Shown here: piece by piece, positions 59,301 to 64,000 of the stretch | Layout of the letters: every line of letters starts with the position of its first letter | Numbering within the stretch: the first letter of the stretch is position 1 | From: Lama glama | Taxonomy: Eukaryota | DNA length: 64,000 nt | Direction: 5' to 3' | Assembly: GCA_028534125.1 (NCBI GenBank) | Contig: CM052820.1 | Location: 868,001 to 932,000, forward strand | The notes under the pieces: model-generated | Told to the model about the DNA's origin: nothing | Database searches by the model: none | Seen by the model: only the letters and a program-made list of their open reading frames with translations | Position numbers and translations under genes: made by a program

Positions 59301-61222
59301 GATGAAAGGGGAGCAGGGAGCCTGTGCCTGGGAGCCCCAGCGCACTGCCGGGGTGCAGGGTGCTGTGGGGGAGCAGGGTGGGTGGGGCCTGGCAGGCTGG
59401 CTGGGCCTCTGGCTTCTCCAAAGAAGGCCGGGAAAAGACAGAGCTTTTCTGCTGGGTTCCAAAAATCACCCCCCTTCCCATCCCGGCAGCCCTGGGAAAG
59501 TTAGCAGTCACTTGAGGAAAACTGATTTTATAAGTTACAGTTTTCAAGAATGTTTCAATCCCTTTCTTAAACTTTGTCCTCAGGAATCTCTAAACTATTT
59601 TGGAATGCATGTTTTGTGAGCACAAGTGNNNNNNNNNNNNNNNNNNNNNNNNNNNNNNNNNNNNNNNNNNNNNNNNNNNNNNNNNNNNNNNNNNNNNNNN
59701 NNNNNNNNNNNNNNNNNNNNNNNNNNNNNNNNNNNNNNNNNNNNNNNNNNNNNNNNNNNNNNNNNNNNNNNNNNNNNNNNNNNNNNNNNNNNNNNNNNNN
59801 NNNNNNNNNNNNNNNNNNNNNNNNNNNNNNNNNNNNNNNNNNNNNNNNNNNNNNNNNNNNNNNNNNNNNNNNNNNNNNNNNNNNNNNNNNNNNNNNNNNN
59901 NNNNNNNNNNNNNNNNNNNNNNNNNNNNNNNNNNNNNNNNNNNNNNNNNNNNNNNNNNNNNNNNNNNNNNTCTACAATCGTTGATGATTGTCGAGTACAG
60001 AAGCACCAGAAGTCCGCAGGCTCTTATTGTGTGCACGCAGGAGGCCCGGTGTGTGTGGTGAATGGGTCATGGGACTTGCATGTCCTCTACTCAGATAGAA
60101 AGTGGGTGAGCAGAGATGGGATGTGGGTGCTTGGGGCCGTGTGCTAGACCTGTGCGTGTGCCTGGCCCCGTCCCACCCAGGGCCTCTTCCCCAGAGCGTG
60201 GCGGGGTGGGGGGCTAGAGGAGTTGGGGCGGCACGGGGTCTCCTCACAGCCGTTCCCGCTCAGGGCAGGGGCTTAGGCTGAGCGTCTTTGCCGTGGGCTG
60301 CGTGTCCCACAGCGGCTGCAGCAGGGCAGGCCCAGGGCGCTGGGTGCCCAAGGAGTGGTCTGCGAGGGGGAAGAGGGCTGGGGCAGTGGGGGCTGAGGGA
60401 GGAGGTGGGGTGGGCAGGCCCCTTTGGAGGGAGGCGTTGAGTCCAGAGCTGGTCTCACAGCACTGAAGCGCCCGTATTGCCAGGAACAAGAAGGCTCACA
60501 CCAGCTGGAACATGGGTGCCATTCTGGATGGGAACCGAGGCGGCTTCGCGCACCATGGGCCCAAGGAGCGTCTTTCCAAGGAGATGATCCTGAAGGCCCA
60601 GGAGGGGAATTACGACTGGGTGTATGGCATCCTGAGGGACAACTTTGCCAGCCCCGATGTGGCCGACGCGACGGGCTACACCGTGCTCGCCGCGGCCGCT
60701 GTGAGCCCCCTTGCTCCCCAGCAGGGGCTGCGTTTGCCTGCAGGGTCACCCTGCTGGAGCACTGACCTGGGGGGGTCCCAGGCGACATCACCCTTGTGTG
60801 GGTGGAGCTGTCCTGCCTCCATCTCCCCTCCTTGAAGCCCCTCAGTAGGGTGGACGTACAGGGTCAGGTGGAAAAGAAGGGTGGGGGTGCGGTGACCTTC
60901 CCACGCCGGGGCCACAGCCTGACCTCTAGCCTCTGCCAGGCGCAGCCGGGAGCCGGTGTCCCCGTCTCTGGGCGGGTGTTGGTGTGAGGCCTCACCAGGC
61001 TCCCGGCCCTGGCCGAGGGCGTCTGCTGTCCTCACCACACTGGCCACCTCCCTCCAGGTTCACTGTCACATTGACATTGTCAACCTCCTGCTGGATAGCG
61101 GGGCGGATGTGAACAGGTGCACGGATGAAGGCCTCACGCCCCTCAGCATGTGCTTCCTCCTGTACTACCCGACCGGGTCCTTTAAGTCCAACATCGCGGA
61201 GAGGACTGTGCCCGAGCCCCAG
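50220..61222 (+). CDS. ANKMY1: Ankyrin repeat and MYND domain-containing protein 1, 5' part (continues beyond the window)
   Basis: Six phase-consistent exons encoding MORN repeats ([42 protein letters not shown]) and ankyrin repeats ([28 protein letters not shown]). Confidence 0.96.
50380..50637 (-). mobile_element. MLT1A/B-like LTR
   Basis: ctctctccttggcttgtagatg...tctaatgacctcacc...tgtctccaaatacagccaca. Confidence 0.75.
51410..51480 (+). mobile_element. MIR fragment
   Basis: gtgaccctgggcagtcact...gcctcagttttcctc. Confidence 0.55.
51594..51780 (+). CDS. ANKMY1: ANKMY1 coding exon 2
   Basis: [11 protein letters not shown]...[20 protein letters not shown]...WPTGE|gtaact. Confidence 0.94.
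53244..53387 (+). CDS. ANKMY1: ANKMY1 coding exon 3 (MORN)
   Basis: SYRGQFYRD...KTRLFQ|gtgagg; 144 nt. Confidence 0.95.
53468..53621 (-). mobile_element. Camelid Vic-type SINE
   Basis: ctggggattgaacccaggacctcgtacatgctaagcatgtgctctactgctgagctacaccctcccc plus T-rich tail. Confidence 0.9.
54905..55036 (-). mobile_element. Camelid Vic-type SINE nested in L1
   Basis: ggggttgaacccaggacctcgtgcacgc...ggagctgtaccctccc. Confidence 0.85.
55491..55631 (-). pseudogene. Short 5'-truncated poly(A) retrocopy of an unidentified transcript 3' end
   Basis: T12 tail, AATAAA 19 nt upstream of it on minus, imperfect TSD agtgtctttt / agtgcatttt; interrupts L1. Confidence 0.6.
58669..59141 (+). CDS. ANKMY1: ANKMY1 coding exon 4
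   Basis: [12 protein letters not shown]...[12 protein letters not shown]...KIQKQAYKF|gtaatc; 473 nt. Confidence 0.96.
60484..60700 (+). CDS. ANKMY1: ANKMY1 coding exon 5
   Basis: [14 protein letters not shown]...GYTVLAAAA|gtgagc; 217 nt. Confidence 0.95.
61058..61222 (+). CDS. ANKMY1: ANKMY1 coding exon 6 (ankyrin)
   Basis: [19 protein letters not shown]...ERTVPEPQ|gtccgc; 165 nt. Confidence 0.95.
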
Positions 61223-61259
61223 GTCCGCTCCTTGGCCCCTGCGGCCTGGCTCAGTGTCT

Positions 61260-61500
61260 GCACCACCCCATCCTCGCCCCCATCCCTCATCCGCCTGTCC
61301 CCCTCTCCCCCATCCCCCATCCACCTGTCCCCTGTCCACTGACCACCTGTCCCCCTTTCCCTAGCCCTCATCCCCTACCTCCCATTCCACTGTCTGTCTC
61401 CTGTCCACCTGTCCCTCAGTCCCCATCTCCTGTCCACCAGTCTTCCCATCCACCCTTCTCTCTCCTCAGCTGCCCACCAGCCTCCCCCTCCTCACATAGA
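61260..61500. repeat. C/T-rich degenerate (ccacctgtccc-like) low-complexity repeat
   Basis: Repeated ccacctgtcc and ccccatcc units. Confidence 0.65.
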
Positions 61501-62679
61501 CCAGGTTCAGATGGGGTGAACTGACAATGAGGTGGGTGGGTGGGGAAGCGGGGATGAAGCCTTAACAGTCACTGAGGTGTCCTGAGCTCGTTGCCAGGAC
61601 ACCGAGGGTCAGGGTCCCTCACAAGCCACCTGCCCAACAGTTTGGGGCCTCAGGAAAGGAGGCCCCTGGGAGGGGGAGGGAAGGCGCCCTGGGGATTCGG
61701 GAGCCAGGCCCCCCCTTGCCTGCCGTGGGCAGCGCTGCTGTACGGCCCTGCGCACTGCTGGCCACCGGCTCCTGTCGTTTGGGGCGTGTGCCAGAAGTGG
61801 AGTTGCTGGGCTGCACTAGAGTCCTGTGTGTAACTTGTTGAGGATGCTCTGAACTGTCCCTGCCTGGTGGCTGTGCCCTTTCACACCCCCCTAGTCCAGT
61901 GCGAGCTCGAGGACAAGTCGCAGCCCAGGGTGGGCGGCTAGCTGGGCGCCAGCTCTCTGGGTGCAGGCAGACGTGGTGTCTGCGTCTGGGCACAGGCAGG
62001 GGGGCGGCCCCTGCAGGGGGTGTTCCCGCCCCACAGGAAGCTGCCCCTGGACCCTAACGGTCAGCCATGCGAGGCCAGGCTGGACCTGGGGTGATGTCCA
62101 CCACGAAGGCCCTCCGAGGGGCTGAGCGCTTCCCCTGTTGGTGGTCGGGGCCTTCCGCGGGGAGGGAAGGGTGCTGGGGCGGTGACTTCCAGCTGGAAAA
62201 CTTCCCCTTGGTGGGGTGGGCCGCTGCTCCGCACCCACCTCCTCCCCGCTCTGGGATCTTTCTTGAGAGAAGGCTGATCCCCGTGCGCCCCAGAGGAGCA
62301 GAGCCCCTGGGCTGCCGAGCCTGCTCCTGCTTCTCAAGTCGGGTCCTCACCTGTTGCCTCCCGTTCTCTGCCGTGTGGCCGCAGGACTGGGTGGGAGCTC
62401 GGAGCCGCCAGCCTGACGTCGTGGTGGACAGGTGCCTGTGGGGAGGGGGCCCCAGCTGCCCTGGGCGGTAGGGGAAGGTGCCCGTCTGTCCATCTGTCTG
62501 TCCATCCAGAGGGCCTGCCTGTGGTCCCGGACGTGTTTCCTCCTGGCTCAGGTGTCTGGAGCTTCCCCGAGGGGCACGTGCTTCAGGCCTGTGCTGGGTG
62601 CTCTGCTCAGGGGCTGACAAGAAGCTACGGCAAGTCAGCAGAGGCGGCTCTGAAAACTGACAATCTTTGCAATTTTTGT

Positions 62680-62837
62680 TTTTCTTTTTTTTTTTTTGAG
62701 ATTTTACTTTATTTTATTAAAAATTTTTTGTGGGGGGAGATAACTAGGTTGGTTGGTTGGTTGGTTTGTTTTCATGGAGGCCCGCAGCCCTTGAGCGTGC
62801 TAGGCAGGCTCTCTCCCACTGAGCTGCACCCTCCCCT
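62680..62837 (-). mobile_element. Degenerate camelid Vic-type SINE
   Basis: gtgctaggcaggctctctcccactgagctgcaccctcccc with T-rich and (GGTT)n tail. Confidence 0.75.
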
Positions 62838-63279
62838 GGTTTTGCTGTGTTTTTATAGCTGCATTGACTCAGTGTAATGTGTGTGTATGCTCTGTTTTTC
62901 TTGGAAGTTGTTCACGTACAATAACTTCAAGTTCAAGGGTGATCTTGTGAACAGAGGTGGGGGCCGCCTGGGTCCTTGTGCTCTGTCTCCCTTCCGGGCA
63001 GGAGCTGGTTCTGTCTCCGCAGCCCCGCCAAGCCCAGAAGGGTGGGGGGCGGGGGCGGGCTCAGTGGAGCCTGAGTGAAGGTGCGGGGTGGGGGCAGTTG
63101 AGGAGCACCCCTCCTGGGTCGGGGTGGGGGAGGTTTGGGGGCTCAGCGTCCCCAGGACACCGAACATGGAAGAATCCCCATTCCACTGAGTGACTTAAAT
63201 GCTGATGAAGGAGTCGGGGCCCCATAAAGCCTTTTAATTATATTTTAAAATCCTTACAAAAATCTCTCCTTGACTTTTT

Positions 63280-64000
63280 AGAAAACTTTTTATTCTGAAA
63301 GATATGGCACACACACAAAAGAACACAGTGCAATGACCTTCCATGGACCCGTCACCCAGATAAAGTTACCAACGCGTGCCTCTTCTTTCCCCATCCACAC
63401 CCCACCCGAACCCCAGTGGTGCCCACTTTAGAGTAAATTCACCGTCCATCGTCCATCGCTACAGCCTTAAAGACTTCCGTGTGCTTCTCCACCAGCTGAA
63501 GACACATTCTTCTCTTTCTTCTTTTTTTTTTTTTCACATAATCACACTGTTATCTCACCTAAAAATTAAATTTCTCAGTGCCCTCTGATAACCCATCGGT
63601 GTTCCGTTTCCCCAGTTCCCCCGTAATTACCCTTTGGGGCCAGACTTCCATGACGCAGACTCACACGCTGCACGTGGTGACAAGGCTGCGCTGCCTTCAG
63701 TCTGTGGCAGTGCCCCTCCCTCTCTCCCGGGCTGGGCTCCTCCTCCACTGTGGAGGAGGCTGGGCTGTCTGTCCTCCGGGGTCCCGTGCTCCCCGGAGAG
63801 CACGCAGGGCTCCGCTGCCCTCGGAGGTGAGGTGTTGGAGCCACGCCGTCCTCTCACGTGTCACTCGTGTAGCCATGACAGAGACCACGAGGTCCACAAA
63901 GCGTAACTGTTCACCTCCGGGCCCTTTACTGAGAAAGTCTGTCACGCTGTTGGGGCCCAGCCCCAGCGTTTCTGCCCCGGGGTCTGGGGTGGGGCCGCTT
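63280..64000 (-). mobile_element. Old L1M 3' fragment
   Basis: ttttattctgaaa...cataatcacactgttatctcacctaaaaatt pattern. Confidence 0.55.

Noticed and set aside
62385-62431. AG/GT-flanked 47-nt candidate next ANKMY1 exon
   Set aside because: Translation DWVGARSRQPDVVVD does not resemble the expected continuation; the next exon is probably beyond the window
1-64000. CRISPR arrays, operons, intact transposons or a novel multi-gene system
   Set aside because: Eukaryotic intron-exon DNA with conserved gene order; no repeat-spacer arrays or intact transposase/RT ORFs seen

Overview
GC-rich mammalian genomic DNA, most likely camelid (alpaca/camel lineage) judging by five tRNA-Ala-derived Vic-type SINEs. 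It is syntenic with human 2q37.3, shown in reverse orientation. Genes read from the sequence: complete CAPN10 (12 coding exons, minus, 656 aa); RNPEPL1 (11 coding exons, minus; exon 1 mostly and exon 8 entirely hidden by N-runs); DUSP28 (2 exons, minus, 173 aa); and the first six coding exons of ANKMY1 (plus, running off the right edge). Positions 1-9600 are the CAPN10-to-GPR35 interval and hold old L1/L2 remnants and candidate non-coding exons. Each gene start has a CpG island. I found no new multi-gene system; this is a conserved housekeeping block. The best leads are small: an overlapping spliced uORF in CAPN10 encoding a signal-peptide-like 60-mer, a GC splice donor in CAPN10, clustered substitutions beside the DUSP28 P-loop, loss of the short-isoform Met in ANKMY1, RFX X-boxes, a promoter-like DUSP28 intron, a tiny poly(A) retrocopy inside an L1, and N-gaps that preserve reading frames exactly. 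Comparisons with human proteins and repeat consensuses are from memory and need alignment to confirm.
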